Assembly (NCBI GenBank): GCA_041482895.1
Contig: JBGPEO010000001.1
Location: 1 to 57,941, forward strand
From: Candidatus Dormibacteraceae bacterium
GTDB lineage: Bacteria > Chloroflexota > Dormibacteria > Dormibacterales > Dormibacteraceae
Direction of reading: 5' to 3'
DNA: 57,941 nt
The translations under genes were made by a program, and so were the position numbers. The notes beneath the pieces are model-generated. The model saw only the letters and a list, made by a program, of their open reading frames with translations. It made no database searches and was not told the DNA's origin. This document shows positions 17,204 to 25,956 of this stretch, one piece after another. Each line of letters opens with the position of its first letter. The stretch's first letter is position 1.

Positions 17204-17932
17204 TCAGGTTGCTTTTTTGCGGGTGCGGCGTTTGGGTCGGGTCGTCGAGGACGGGCAAAAGTCGTTGAGGACGCACTCCTCGCAGCGCGGCCGGCGCGCG
17301 ATACAGACCCGCCGTCCATGGAGGATCAGCCGGAGCGACATTCCTGTCCACTCCTCTTTTGGAACCATTGCGCACACCTGGTGCTCGATCTTCACCGGGT
17401 CGCGGGTCGCCACCAGGCCGAGCAGGTTGGTGAGCCGCGTTACGTGAGTGTCGACCGCAAGACCCGGCACGTTGAACCCGACCCCAAGGATGACATTCGC
17501 CGTCTTGCGGCCGATCCCCGGGATCTTGACCAGGTCCTCCAACGTCGGCGGAATCTGACCACCGAACAACTCGACGATCTTCCGGCTGGCGTCGATGATC
17601 CTGCGCGTCTTGAGCCTGAAGAACCCCGTCGGTTTGATCAGCTGCTCGACCTCGGCGGGATCGGCGGCTGCCAGGTCAGCCGCGGTCGGATAGCGCTTGA
17701 ACAGCTCCGGCGTGACGAGGTTCACGGACCGATCGGTGGTTTGCGCGGAGAGGATCGTCGCGATCACCAGCTGGAAGGGATCCTGGTGGGCCAGCTCCGT
17801 CACGGCTGGGTACAGGTCGCGCAAGCGCTCGACCGTGAGGAGCGCGCGCTTCTTCGCCCCGCGCGGCGGCGGGGGCTGCATCCATGACTTCTTCGGCTTC
17901 TTCTTTGGGCCCTTGGCGGTTTTAGGTGCCAA
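17204..17932 (-). CDS. nth: Endonuclease III
   Basis: HhH-GPD core (LVKIPGIGRKTANVIL) and a C-terminal 4Fe-4S cluster loop (CIARRPRCEECVLNDFC). It has a Lys-rich N-terminal extension, and an alternative ATG lies at 17881. Confidence 0.9.
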   Translation of the reverse strand: MAPKTAKGPKKKPKKSWMQPPPPRGAKKRALLTVERLRDLYPAVTELAHQDPFQLVIATILSAQTTDRSVNLVTPELFKRYPTAADLAAADPAEVEQLIKPTGFFRLKTRRIIDASRKIVELFGGQIPPTLEDLVKIPGIGRKTANVILGVGFNVPGLAVDTHVTRLTNLLGLVATRDPVKIEHQVCAMVPKEEWTGMSLRLILHGRRVCIARRPRCEECVLNDFCPSSTTRPKRRTRKKAT

Positions 17933-18374
17933 GGAGCTTGCGCGCAGCTGCGGCGACCTGCGCGCCTTCGGCCCGGCCCGCGAGCCTCGCCGTCGCCTCC
18001 TTCATCACCATCCCAAAACCCTTCGGCCCTTCGGGCTTGAGGTGAGCTATGACTGCGGCGACCTCGGCCTCCACGTCCTGCTCGCTCATCGCGGCGGGAA
18101 GGTACGTCTTCAACACTTCCATCTCCGCCTCCTCGCGGCGCGCCGAGTCCGCGCGCCCCGCTTTGCGATACACGTCGATCGCCTCTTCACGCCGCTTCAC
18201 CTCTTTGCGCGCGAGGCGAACCACGAGCTCGTCGTCGATCCTTCCGCCGGCGCCACTCTCCTTGCTCGCCTTCACCAGCTCGCTCTTCAAGAGCGAAAGA
18301 GTGTCGAGCGTGACGCCGTCTCGGCGCCTTCGCGATTCGATCAGCTCGGACTGGATGCGGTCGTAGAGGGCCAC
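17922..18374 (-). CDS. GatB/YqeY domain-containing protein
   Basis: Inner part of ORF 17922..18590 from GTG at 18374: (M)ALYDRIQSELIESRRRRDGVTLDTLSLLKSELVKASKE...VLKTYLP...GFGMVMKEA. Confidence 0.8.
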   Translation of the reverse strand: MALYDRIQSELIESRRRRDGVTLDTLSLLKSELVKASKESGAGGRIDDELVVRLARKEVKRREEAIDVYRKAGRADSARREEAEMEVLKTYLPAAMSEQDVEAEVAAVIAHLKPEGPKGFGMVMKEATARLAGRAEGAQVAAAARKLLGT

Positions 18375-18422
18375 GGCGGCGATTGTCACACATGCCCACC
18401 GATCGCCGATAATCGGCGCCTG

Positions 18423-19223
18423 ATGCCTTACGCCCTGGTACTCGGACCGGCCGCTGCGCTGCTCGGCATCGTGGCGATCTTCTTCGTACTGAGGCGCAAG
18501 TCGGTGGACAAGCGCTCGATGTATTCCGCGCGGCGGTCCCAGATCGAGCACAAAGTTCGCGCAGCCCGGCAGCGCACGCTTACCCCGCACGGAAGGGCTG
18601 AGAAGCCTGAGGAGACCGCGAGCGCCGCCGCGCCGGCATCTCCATTCGGTGGAACGCAGGCTCCGATCGCGACCTACGAGGCTTCGGCCTACGAGCCACC
18701 TCCCGCCGCGGCAGCGCCGGCTGTCAGGGGAGTCTCCGATGCGCCGACGAGCTCGCCGTGGGACGTCGGCCCTACCGTCGCGCCCCCAACCCAGTTCGAC
18801 GCTCCCATACCGGGCCAGTTCGAAGCCCCGCCGGCGGCGCCTCCCTATGAGCCCGCGGCGCCGAGCGAGCCCGTCTGGACACCCGCCCCCGCGCCGGCCG
18901 AGCCGGCGGCGCCTGTGGAACCCGTCCGTCCGGCGGCAACCGCGGCCTCTCCGGCCGCCTGGTCGGTCGTGGGCGAAGCAAAAGAGTCAGCCGCCACCGT
19001 TGAGCCTCAACCGAAGAAAAAGAAGGGCAAAGACCGGGAGGCGGCCCCCAGTGGCTCATGGACGCTTGCGTCAGGCAACGCTCCGGGAGATGAACCCGAG
19101 GAGGGGGAGGTCAAACCGCCGGGCCAGGCTGTTGCGATCGCTCAGTACGCGATAGTCGTGGTCGGGTTGATTGCGGTGTTGATCGGCGTACTGATCATGG
19201 TGGCCGGCTCCAGCGTCAAATAA
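18423..19223 (+). CDS. Pro/Ala-rich membrane protein (hypothetical)
   Basis: In-frame ATG at 18423 within ORF 17697..19223. It has an N-terminal TM helix (LVLGPAAALLGIVAIFFVL) and a C-terminal TM helix (IVVVGLIAVLIGVLIMVAG) flanking a low-complexity P/A region. It is divergent from yqeY. Confidence 0.5.
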   Translation: MPYALVLGPAAALLGIVAIFFVLRRKSVDKRSMYSARRSQIEHKVRAARQRTLTPHGRAEKPEETASAAAPASPFGGTQAPIATYEASAYEPPPAAAAPAVRGVSDAPTSSPWDVGPTVAPPTQFDAPIPGQFEAPPAAPPYEPAAPSEPVWTPAPAPAEPAAPVEPVRPAATAASPAAWSVVGEAKESAATVEPQPKKKKGKDREAAPSGSWTLASGNAPGDEPEEGEVKPPGQAVAIAQYAIVVVGLIAVLIGVLIMVAGSSVK

Positions 19224-20115
19224 ACGCCGCGAGGATCGCGCCGGCTAACGCTCGTCCACCATCCGCCATCACCGTGTCGAGCACGAGCGTTCGAAATCCC
19301 AGCTCTTCCAGGTCCGCGGCAAGCTCCTGGTCGCGGCTGTCGAGCACGAAGCTGGCGGCGACCTCGCGGTACATGCGTGCCACCTCGACCGGGGTTGGTT
19401 GAGGACCGACCGCTCGCATCATCTCCACCGTAGGACCTTTCAACGACGCGCCGCGAACGATCGGAGTAATCGCCACGGTGCGCTCGCGTGGCATGTGCGC
19501 GCCGATGACTTTGAGGATGGGAGCGATCGAGATCAGCGGGTTGGATGGCCCGATGATGACGAGCTCCGAGTCATCCAGCGCCGACACCACCTCGCGAGTC
19601 GGCCGCGCCTGATCGATGCCGGCGAGCTCGATGCCGCGCAGAGCAGGCCCAAGCCTCTCGCGCACGAAATATTCCTGGAACGAAAAATCTCCTCTTTCGG
19701 TGAGGAACCGGGTCCGCACGCGCTCGTTGGTCATGGGCAGAACACGCGTGACGAGACCAAAGCGGGCACTCAACGCCAGCGCGCACTCCGTGAGGGTGCA
19801 CCCCCGGGCGAGCATGTCGGTGCGCAGAACATGTGTCGCGAAGTCCTTGTCGCCGATGCGAAACCACGCCGGCTCGCCAAGGCGGGCCAGCGCGTCGAGC
19901 ACGTGAAAGGAATCCCCTTCCACCCCGTAGCCGGCCGACTCGTTGAACACACCGGCCAGCCGGTAGATCACTGCGTCAACGTCGGGTGAGACGAGGTGGC
20001 CCCAGAACTCGTCGTCGTCCGCGGTGTTCGCAATGACAGTCAGGTGTCCGGGTGGAAGCAAGGGCTGCATCGCGGCGGCAAGCCTGGCGCCGCCCGTTCC
20101 GCCGGCGAGGAGCAC
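19216..20115 (-). CDS. cofD: 2-phospho-L-lactate transferase (F420 biosynthesis)
   Basis: Inner part of ORF 19216..20544 from GTG at 20115: (M)LLAGGTGGARLA...VIANTADD...WFRIGDKD...IGPSNPLISI. Confidence 0.9.
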   Translation of the reverse strand: MLLAGGTGGARLAAAMQPLLPPGHLTVIANTADDDEFWGHLVSPDVDAVIYRLAGVFNESAGYGVEGDSFHVLDALARLGEPAWFRIGDKDFATHVLRTDMLARGCTLTECALALSARFGLVTRVLPMTNERVRTRFLTERGDFSFQEYFVRERLGPALRGIELAGIDQARPTREVVSALDDSELVIIGPSNPLISIAPILKVIGAHMPRERTVAITPIVRGASLKGPTVEMMRAVGPQPTPVEVARMYREVAASFVLDSRDQELAADLEELGFRTLVLDTVMADGGRALAGAILAAFI

Positions 20116-20120
20116 CGTCC

Positions 20121-20858
20121 TCAGCGGAAAAGATCCTCGGCCGCGGGCCGGATCAGGTCCCGGCCGGTCCCTGTCCCCTGCCATGCCATGCCCCGGACGA
20201 TTACGGCCGGAGCTCGATTCGTCTTTCCCATCACGAGCCCGGCCGCGGCCGCGATGTCGTCGGCGATCGCAAGGACGGTCGCCTGGAGCTCTTTGCCGTT
20301 GTCGTCGGGGCCGCCCCGCAGGTCGACCAGCGCTGGCAGGCCGGCGACGCCGAGAGCCACGTTGACGATTCCGAGCCTCCACGGCCGGCCGAACGTGTCG
20401 GAGACGATCACACCCACTTCGACGCCGGTCAGCTCCCGCAGCCGGCCGCGCAGCCGGCTCGCGCTGGCATCCGGATCCTCGGGCAGCAGCGCCAGCTCGT
20501 CCGAGCCCGGGACGTTGGAGTGATCGACGCCACCATTCGCGCACACGAAACCGTGCCGGGTCTCGGTGATCAGGACTCGTTCCGATCGAAGCACCCGGAC
20601 GCTCTCGTTCAGGATCACCTGCACGATCCGGGGATCGGGCGACGCCACGAGCCTGGACGCGATGCGTTTCGCCTCGTCGCTCGCCTGCACCGAGCGAAAG
20701 TTGATGAGCCGCCCTTCGGACTTGGACACGACCTTCTGGGCGACCACCAGCACGTCGCCGTCTTCGAGCCTGGATCTGGAGCCGATCAGCTCACCGAGGT
20801 CGTCTCCCGGCCGGACCTCAGGCAGGCCCTCCACTCCGATCAGCTCGAGCTGCGTCAC
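20121..20858 (-). CDS. cofE: F420-0:gamma-glutamyl ligase, single-domain form
   Basis: Inner part of ORF 20121..21494 from GTG at 20858: VTQLELIGVEGLPEVRPGDDL...VVAQKVVSKSEGR...CANGGVDHSN...VSDTFGRPWR. There is no C-terminal nitroreductase-like domain. Confidence 0.85.
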   Translation of the reverse strand: MTQLELIGVEGLPEVRPGDDLGELIGSRSRLEDGDVLVVAQKVVSKSEGRLINFRSVQASDEAKRIASRLVASPDPRIVQVILNESVRVLRSERVLITETRHGFVCANGGVDHSNVPGSDELALLPEDPDASASRLRGRLRELTGVEVGVIVSDTFGRPWRLGIVNVALGVAGLPALVDLRGGPDDNGKELQATVLAIADDIAAAAGLVMGKTNRAPAVIVRGMAWQGTGTGRDLIRPAAEDLFR

Positions 20859-21448
20859 ACCGCACGCCGCAACCGCGCCAGGTCGCCCGGCTCGTCGAGG
20901 TCGAGCGCCATGGCGTCCGAATGATGCACGACGAATTCGACGCCGAGGCTCTGTGCCTCCTGGCGGAACTTCGCCAGAGAATCCGAACCAAAATGAAGTG
21001 AGATCGCGGTTGGCGGTCGCACGTAGAGCGCGTTGGTGCCGCCCCGTCCGACCGCCGGCACCGCCACCACGACGGGAGCGTCGCGGCGCGCAGCCGACTC
21101 GAGCACCTCGCGCACTGCGTCGGGCGTGACGAGGGGCAGGTCGCTCGAGAGAAGGAGCACCGCGTCGGCGCCGCCGCCCACCGCTCGGGCGATGCCGCGC
21201 GCCGCGGCCACGTTCTGTCCCTCTTGCCTTGGTTCGCGCAGGACGTTTACACCCCAGCTCTCTGCCAGGCCGGCGACCTCTTCGCTGCCGGCGACGACGA
21301 GCACGTGATCGCCGGCGGCCGCCGCTTGCACGGCGAGCCAGGCATTGTTCCGCGCGAGATCGCGCCGCGCCTGTGGCCCGAGGGCGGGTTGCAAGCGCTG
21401 CTTCGCCGAACCGAAGTCCTTGATCAGAACGATCACCCAGCTGGACAC
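20855..21448 (-). CDS. cofC: 2-phospho-L-lactate (or PEP) guanylyltransferase
   Basis: VIVLIKDFGSAKQRL...LLLSSDLPLV...GGTNAL. GTG at 21448 lies 2 nt after the fgd stop, and the alternative start is 21460. It has a GTGA overlap with cofE. Confidence 0.8.
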   Translation of the reverse strand: MSSWVIVLIKDFGSAKQRLQPALGPQARRDLARNNAWLAVQAAAAGDHVLVVAGSEEVAGLAESWGVNVLREPRQEGQNVAAARGIARAVGGGADAVLLLSSDLPLVTPDAVREVLESAARRDAPVVVAVPAVGRGGTNALYVRPPTAISLHFGSDSLAKFRQEAQSLGVEFVVHHSDAMALDLDEPGDLARLRRAV

Positions 21449-21450
21449 CG

Positions 21451-22449
21451 CTAACCCCACCGCTCGCGCAAGCGCGGAAGAATCTGCGAGCCATACAACT
21501 TCAAGAAGCGCGCCTGGTCGTCGCCGGGTGCGTGGAAGACGAGGTGATCGAAGCCCAGCTCGAGGTATGGCTTCAGCTGCTCGATGTGCTCATCCGGGTC
21601 GTTCGAAACGAGCCAGCGCCGGTGCGCGACGTCCTCGACGCCGCGCGCCAGCCGCTCCATCTCGCGAGGATCGTCCACGCCGGCTTTCGCTTCGGCCGGC
21701 AGGGCCAGCGCGGCCCAGATCTTCGTGTCTTCCATGGCACGCGAACGATCCGTGTCGTAAGACACCTTGACCTCGATCATGCGGTCGAGGCCGCTCGCGT
21801 CACGACCCGATTCCTTAGCCCCATCTGCGAACGACGGGAGCAACTGCTCCGAGTAGAGCTCCATTCCCTTGCCCGACGTGCAGATGAGCCCATCCCCAGC
21901 GCGCCCGGCGTATTTGGCCACCTGCGGCCCTCCGGCGCCGATATAGATCGGAATTGGCTGGTCAGGGCGGTCATAGATAGTCGCGTTGCGCGTGTGGTAG
22001 TACTCGCCGTCGAATGTGACCGACTGCTCGGTCCACAGGAGACCGATCAGCTTGACCGCCTCGCGTAGCCGGGCGAAGCGCTCCTTGTTGTCGGGCCACT
22101 GGATTCCAAGCGCGCCTTCGTTCAGATGCTCGCCGGTGCCGACACCGAGAATCATGCGGCCGGGGAACAAGGACCCAAGCGTCCCGAACGCCTGCGCGAC
22201 GATCGCTGGGTGGTAACGGAAGGTTGGAGTCACAACCGAGGTGCCAAGCGCAACGCGTTTGGTCCGCTCGCCTGCGGCCGCAAGCCATGCGAAAGCAAAG
22301 GGCGCGTGCCCGTCGGAATGGCGCCAGGGCTGGAAATGGTCGCTGACGAACACGCTCTCAAATCCGTTGGCTTCGGCGGCGACTGCGAAATCGAGCAGCT
22401 CACGCGGGCCGAATTGTTCGGCCGACGCCTTATAGCCGAGGCGCAGCAT
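21451..22449 (-). CDS. fgd: F420-dependent glucose-6-phosphate dehydrogenase (LLM family)
   Basis: [58 protein letters not shown] matches the diagnostic Fgd N-terminus. Length is 332 aa. Confidence 0.85.
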   Translation of the reverse strand: MLRLGYKASAEQFGPRELLDFAVAAEANGFESVFVSDHFQPWRHSDGHAPFAFAWLAAAGERTKRVALGTSVVTPTFRYHPAIVAQAFGTLGSLFPGRMILGVGTGEHLNEGALGIQWPDNKERFARLREAVKLIGLLWTEQSVTFDGEYYHTRNATIYDRPDQPIPIYIGAGGPQVAKYAGRAGDGLICTSGKGMELYSEQLLPSFADGAKESGRDASGLDRMIEVKVSYDTDRSRAMEDTKIWAALALPAEAKAGVDDPREMERLARGVEDVAHRRWLVSNDPDEHIEQLKPYLELGFDHLVFHAPGDDQARFLKLYGSQILPRLRERWG

Positions 22450-22451
22450 CG

Positions 22452-22655
22452 TTAACGATCAGCGCGGGGAACCCGCCGGTAATACCGCCCCCAGCTGAAT
22501 GCGACCCCGCTGATCGCGCTCACGACAACCACCACTGCCAGCGCGATGAGGCTGCGGCGGTCGAAGCTACGGACTGCGCCGGCGGTCATCAATACGACCA
22601 GACCCGCGGCCATGAGCATCATCACCACGAGCGTGATCGCGCGGTGGGGCCTCAT
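22452..22655 (-). CDS. Small two-TM membrane protein (hypothetical)
   Basis: 67 aa with two hydrophobic helices. Its stop is 2 nt before the fgd ATG. Confidence 0.4.
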   Translation of the reverse strand: MRPHRAITLVVMMLMAAGLVVLMTAGAVRSFDRRSLIALAVVVVVSAISGVAFSWGRYYRRVPRADR

Positions 22656-22701
22656 CGTGCTGTTAGCTTACCGGCGCGTGGGCCAGCCAAGCCGGAGGGT
22701 C

Positions 22702-23295
22702 GTGAGACTCAAATCGGTGACGTCGACACAGGACGTCGCTCGCCCGATGCCGATCGGGTCGATCGTCGTCGCCGATCATCAGACGGCGGGCCGCGGCCGC
22801 CTCGATCGCAGGTGGGAGGCTCCGCCTGGAACGGCTCTGCTGGTCTCGTTCGTGCTGCGCCCCAACCCGGTCCTGAGCCTGGCGGCAGGCGTCGCTGCCG
22901 CCCAGGCGTGTGGGGATGGTGTCCGGCTCAAGTGGCCCAACGACCTTTTGCTGGCCGGCTCCAAGGTGGGTGGAATCCTGGTCGAGGTCACACCAACCAC
23001 CGCGATCTGCGGCATCGGCATCAACCTCACCTGGGCGCCACCCGGCGCCGCGAAGCTGAACCTTGACCGTGACCGGCTGCTGGACAGGCTTCGTGACGAG
23101 CTCGACCGCTGGACCGCCGCGGACCTCGAACAGGTCCTCACCATCTGGAGAGCGCTCTCCGACACGTTGGGCAGGCGAGTCCGCGTCGACCTGGGCGAAC
23201 GCGTCATCGAAGGCATTGCGGAGGACATCGGACCCGCAGGCGAGCTCATCGTCGACGGCACGCGGGTGAATTTCGGCGGCGTCACGCACCTGTGA
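22702..23295 (+). CDS. birA: Biotin--[acetyl-CoA-carboxylase] ligase (group I, no HTH)
   Basis: LKSVTSTQDVA...VVADHQTAGRGRLDRRWEAPPG...KWPNDLLL...KVGGILVE. The start is uncertain (GTG at 22702; upstream GTGs near 22678 and 22660). Confidence 0.8.
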   Translation: MRLKSVTSTQDVARPMPIGSIVVADHQTAGRGRLDRRWEAPPGTALLVSFVLRPNPVLSLAAGVAAAQACGDGVRLKWPNDLLLAGSKVGGILVEVTPTTAICGIGINLTWAPPGAAKLNLDRDRLLDRLRDELDRWTAADLEQVLTIWRALSDTLGRRVRVDLGERVIEGIAEDIGPAGELIVDGTRVNFGGVTHL

Positions 23296-24025
23296 GGCTC
23301 GCGATCTCGGGCAGGATCTCTCCTGATTTGCCGCGGATGACGACGGCCGCGAGGTTGTCGAATGGGGTCGGCTCCGCGTTGACCACGATGAGCTGCGCCC
23401 CGGACCGGACGGCCACCAACGGGATGTCCGCCGCCGGGTAGACGGCCAGCGAAGAACCCACGACGAGCATCACGTCAGCCTGCCGGGCGAGCGCGAAGGC
23501 TTGCTGGATCGCCGCCTGCGGCATCGGTTGACCGAACAGGACCACGGTCGGCTTGAGGAACGATCCGCCGCATCGCCTGCACCGAGGCGGCATCTCCACC
23601 TCGAGACGAGCCTGGACCTCGCCGCGCGCTTCTCGGTTCCCACAGTCGAGGCACTCGACGGTCCGGCCGGATCCATGGATCTCGATCACCGTCCCGCTGC
23701 CCGAGTCCTGGTGCAGCCCGTCCGTGTTCTGCGTCACGACGGCGACCAGGCGTCCCGACGCCTCGAGCGCGGCGAGCGCATGGTGGCCGGCGTTCGGGCG
23801 GGCCATCAAAGCCACCCGTCCACGCTCCTTCGACACCTTCCAGTAGGCGCTCGGGTCCGCCATGAAGTACTCGATCGAGGCGACCTTGATGGGGTCGTAC
23901 TGCGTCCAGAGGCCGCCCGCTCCTCGGAACGTCGGAATGCCGCTCTCCGCCGACACTCCGGCCCCTGTCAAGGCCAGGCCGTGACTGGCGCCGCCGATGA
24001 TGTCGGCCGCCTGCCGGATGGTCAA
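23282..24025 (-). CDS. cobB: NAD-dependent protein deacylase (CobB-type sirtuin)
   Basis: Inner part of ORF 23282..25291. It has GAGVSAESGIPTFRG, QNTDGLH, a Zn ribbon (CLDCG...CRRCGG) and VVGSSLAVYPA. The only start upstream of the GAGxS motif is TTG at 24025, which overlaps the cyclase stop (TTGA). Confidence 0.85.
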   Translation of the reverse strand: MTIRQAADIIGGASHGLALTGAGVSAESGIPTFRGAGGLWTQYDPIKVASIEYFMADPSAYWKVSKERGRVALMARPNAGHHALAALEASGRLVAVVTQNTDGLHQDSGSGTVIEIHGSGRTVECLDCGNREARGEVQARLEVEMPPRCRRCGGSFLKPTVVLFGQPMPQAAIQQAFALARQADVMLVVGSSLAVYPAADIPLVAVRSGAQLIVVNAEPTPFDNLAAVVIRGKSGEILPEIASLTGA

Positions 24026-25956
24026 GCCCCGTCCTGTGTCGTGGCCACGACGGGGCTCTGTGCCTTCTGGCGGCGGTACTCCGCATAGCTCGTCATCGCG
24101 GCAGCGGTCGGAAACTGTACCCACGGCGAGGTCTTCTCCTCCCGGATCGCGGTCACGTTGAACAGCCGGAAGGTCTCCGCCGACTTGCCCTTGAGCTGTA
24201 GGCCCGGCATCTCGTCGACCGCGATGAAATCCGAGCACGCCTGGAACGTCGTCCAACCCACCAGCAGGTTGAAAGCGGGCGCTGCGCCGCAAAAGCGCGC
24301 CGCGGTATTCACGGTGTCGCCGAGCGCCGTGTACTGAAGGCGGTCTTTGCTCCCCATGTTCCCGACGACCGCGGGCCCCGTGTTGACTCCGATGCCCCAG
24401 CTGATGGCCGGCAAACCTTTGGCCGCGAGCCTGGCTTCGAGGATCGGCGCATGGTTGACCAGGTCGTAGGCGCACCGGACGGCTAGCAGGGCGTGGTCCG
24501 GCTGGGCGACCGGCGCATTCCACAAGGCCACGATCTCGTCGCCCACGTACTTGTCGATCGTGCCGTCCCATTTGAGGATCAAGGTGCTCATGTCGTCGAG
24601 GTACTCGTGGATGACCGCCTGGACGTCCTCTGCGGACATTCCCTCGGACAGGGCAGTGAACCCGCGGATGTCGACGAACAGCAGCGTGATGTCGCGGCGT
24701 TCGCCCTTCGAGATGATGTCCTCGACCGAGCGCGACGCAGCGAGCTGCTGCGCAATGCGAGGGTCGACCCAATGACCGAAGATGCGCTCCACCTTGCGGC
24801 GCTCGCGCTCCACGAGGACGTAGCGCGCGGCGAGCGAGAAGCCTGCGGCCAGCACGATCGCGACCGGCGTGTAGATCGGATCGACCAGGAAACCTGAACG
24901 TCCGAGAAGGATGGCCAGCAGCGCATAGGCGGCCAGCACGACGCCGGTGACGAGCATCGCCCGGCGAAACGACAGGAGGTAGACCGCCACGCCAATCAGC
25001 GTCCCCATCAGAAGAGTGGCGAGCAGATCCGAAGAGTCGGGCTGCGGCCGGACGTAGCGATCCGCGAGCACGGTGGAGATCGCGTCGCCCATGATCCGGT
25101 AGCCGTAGTTCTGGTTGGGGACCATGCATCTCGGCCGGCTGGTAGGGCAGAAGCTCGGATCGTGGCCGAAGCTCACCGCCTGCGCGTACACGTCGTCGGC
25201 GTCGACCAGCTTTATGCCGACGACCACGATGTGGTTTGTGATCAGGCTCGGAGCGGGGCAGCGCCCGTTTGTCGCGAGCAGGTAGCCGCACGTCGGGCTC
25301 TTGCCGTTGGTGAAGTTGATCAGCATCTCGCCGTTCACCAGCGGAATGGTGTGCTGCCCGAGGTGTGCCTCATCTCCATTCGTGGTCAGGGGCTCGTACG
25401 TGCCTTCGGCGATGCGCAGAGCCCGCACGAATGCCGGTTCGCGACTCGGGTTGTCGGGGCACGACTTCGCGATTCGAATCGGGACGCCCCTCACCGCATT
25501 GGCCGGATCGGGAACTCCGAGCTCGCGGCCCGCGACAGCCGCGGCGGCGCCGGCGAAGATGGGAAGCGGGCTGTCGTCGGCGGTGCAGACGAGCACGACG
25601 TTGCCCGCATCGGCGATCGCCTTCGCCAGCTGGGCGTCGCCAGGGCCAGAGTGGTCGAGCATCACGTCGAACAGGATCACCTTGGGATGCAGGCTCGCCA
25701 GGTAGTTGATCACCTTCGCGTGTATGTCGTTGCCCCACGGGTAGGGACCGAAAGGCCTGGCCGCCGTCGAGTCGAGCGCGACGAGGGTCACCTGCGAAGA
25801 AGGCTCCGGCGCCGGAAACAGCTGGTCTTGAAGGCCATAGAAAAGCGGCGCGACCACAGCCGTTTGAGAGGTCGCGACAACGAGGAATCCGGCGAGCAGG
25901 CCGGCGAGCGCGAAACGCCAAGCCGAGCGCCAGTCGCCCACCCGCTCGCGGACCAT
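24022..25956 (-). CDS. CHASE2-sensor class III adenylate/guanylate cyclase (paralog 2)
   Basis: 644-aa ORF with the same architecture as 11355..13598. There are long identical runs in the catalytic domain (RRDITLLFVDIRGFT, DKYVGDEIVALWNAP, HALLAVRCAYDLVN, GIGVNTGPAVVG, RLQYTALGDTVNTAARFC, LKGKSAETFR). Confidence 0.85.
   Translation of the reverse strand: MVRERVGDWRSAWRFALAGLLAGFLVVATSQTAVVAPLFYGLQDQLFPAPEPSSQVTLVALDSTAARPFGPYPWGNDIHAKVINYLASLHPKVILFDVMLDHSGPGDAQLAKAIADAGNVVLVCTADDSPLPIFAGAAAAVAGRELGVPDPANAVRGVPIRIAKSCPDNPSREPAFVRALRIAEGTYEPLTTNGDEAHLGQHTIPLVNGEMLINFTNGKSPTCGYLLATNGRCPAPSLITNHIVVVGIKLVDADDVYAQAVSFGHDPSFCPTSRPRCMVPNQNYGYRIMGDAISTVLADRYVRPQPDSSDLLATLLMGTLIGVAVYLLSFRRAMLVTGVVLAAYALLAILLGRSGFLVDPIYTPVAIVLAAGFSLAARYVLVERERRKVERIFGHWVDPRIAQQLAASRSVEDIISKGERRDITLLFVDIRGFTALSEGMSAEDVQAVIHEYLDDMSTLILKWDGTIDKYVGDEIVALWNAPVAQPDHALLAVRCAYDLVNHAPILEARLAAKGLPAISWGIGVNTGPAVVGNMGSKDRLQYTALGDTVNTAARFCGAAPAFNLLVGWTTFQACSDFIAVDEMPGLQLKGKSAETFRLFNVTAIREEKTSPWVQFPTAAAMTSYAEYRRQKAQSPVVATTQDGA

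Noticed and set aside
23282-24025. The Sir2-domain protein as part of an anti-phage system (Thoeris, DSR or SIR2-HerA type).
   Set aside because: It is a short, classical CobB-type sirtuin with an intact Zn ribbon and NAD-binding motifs. It has no SLOG, TIR, HerA or large N-terminal partner domains, and its neighbours are housekeeping or signalling genes.
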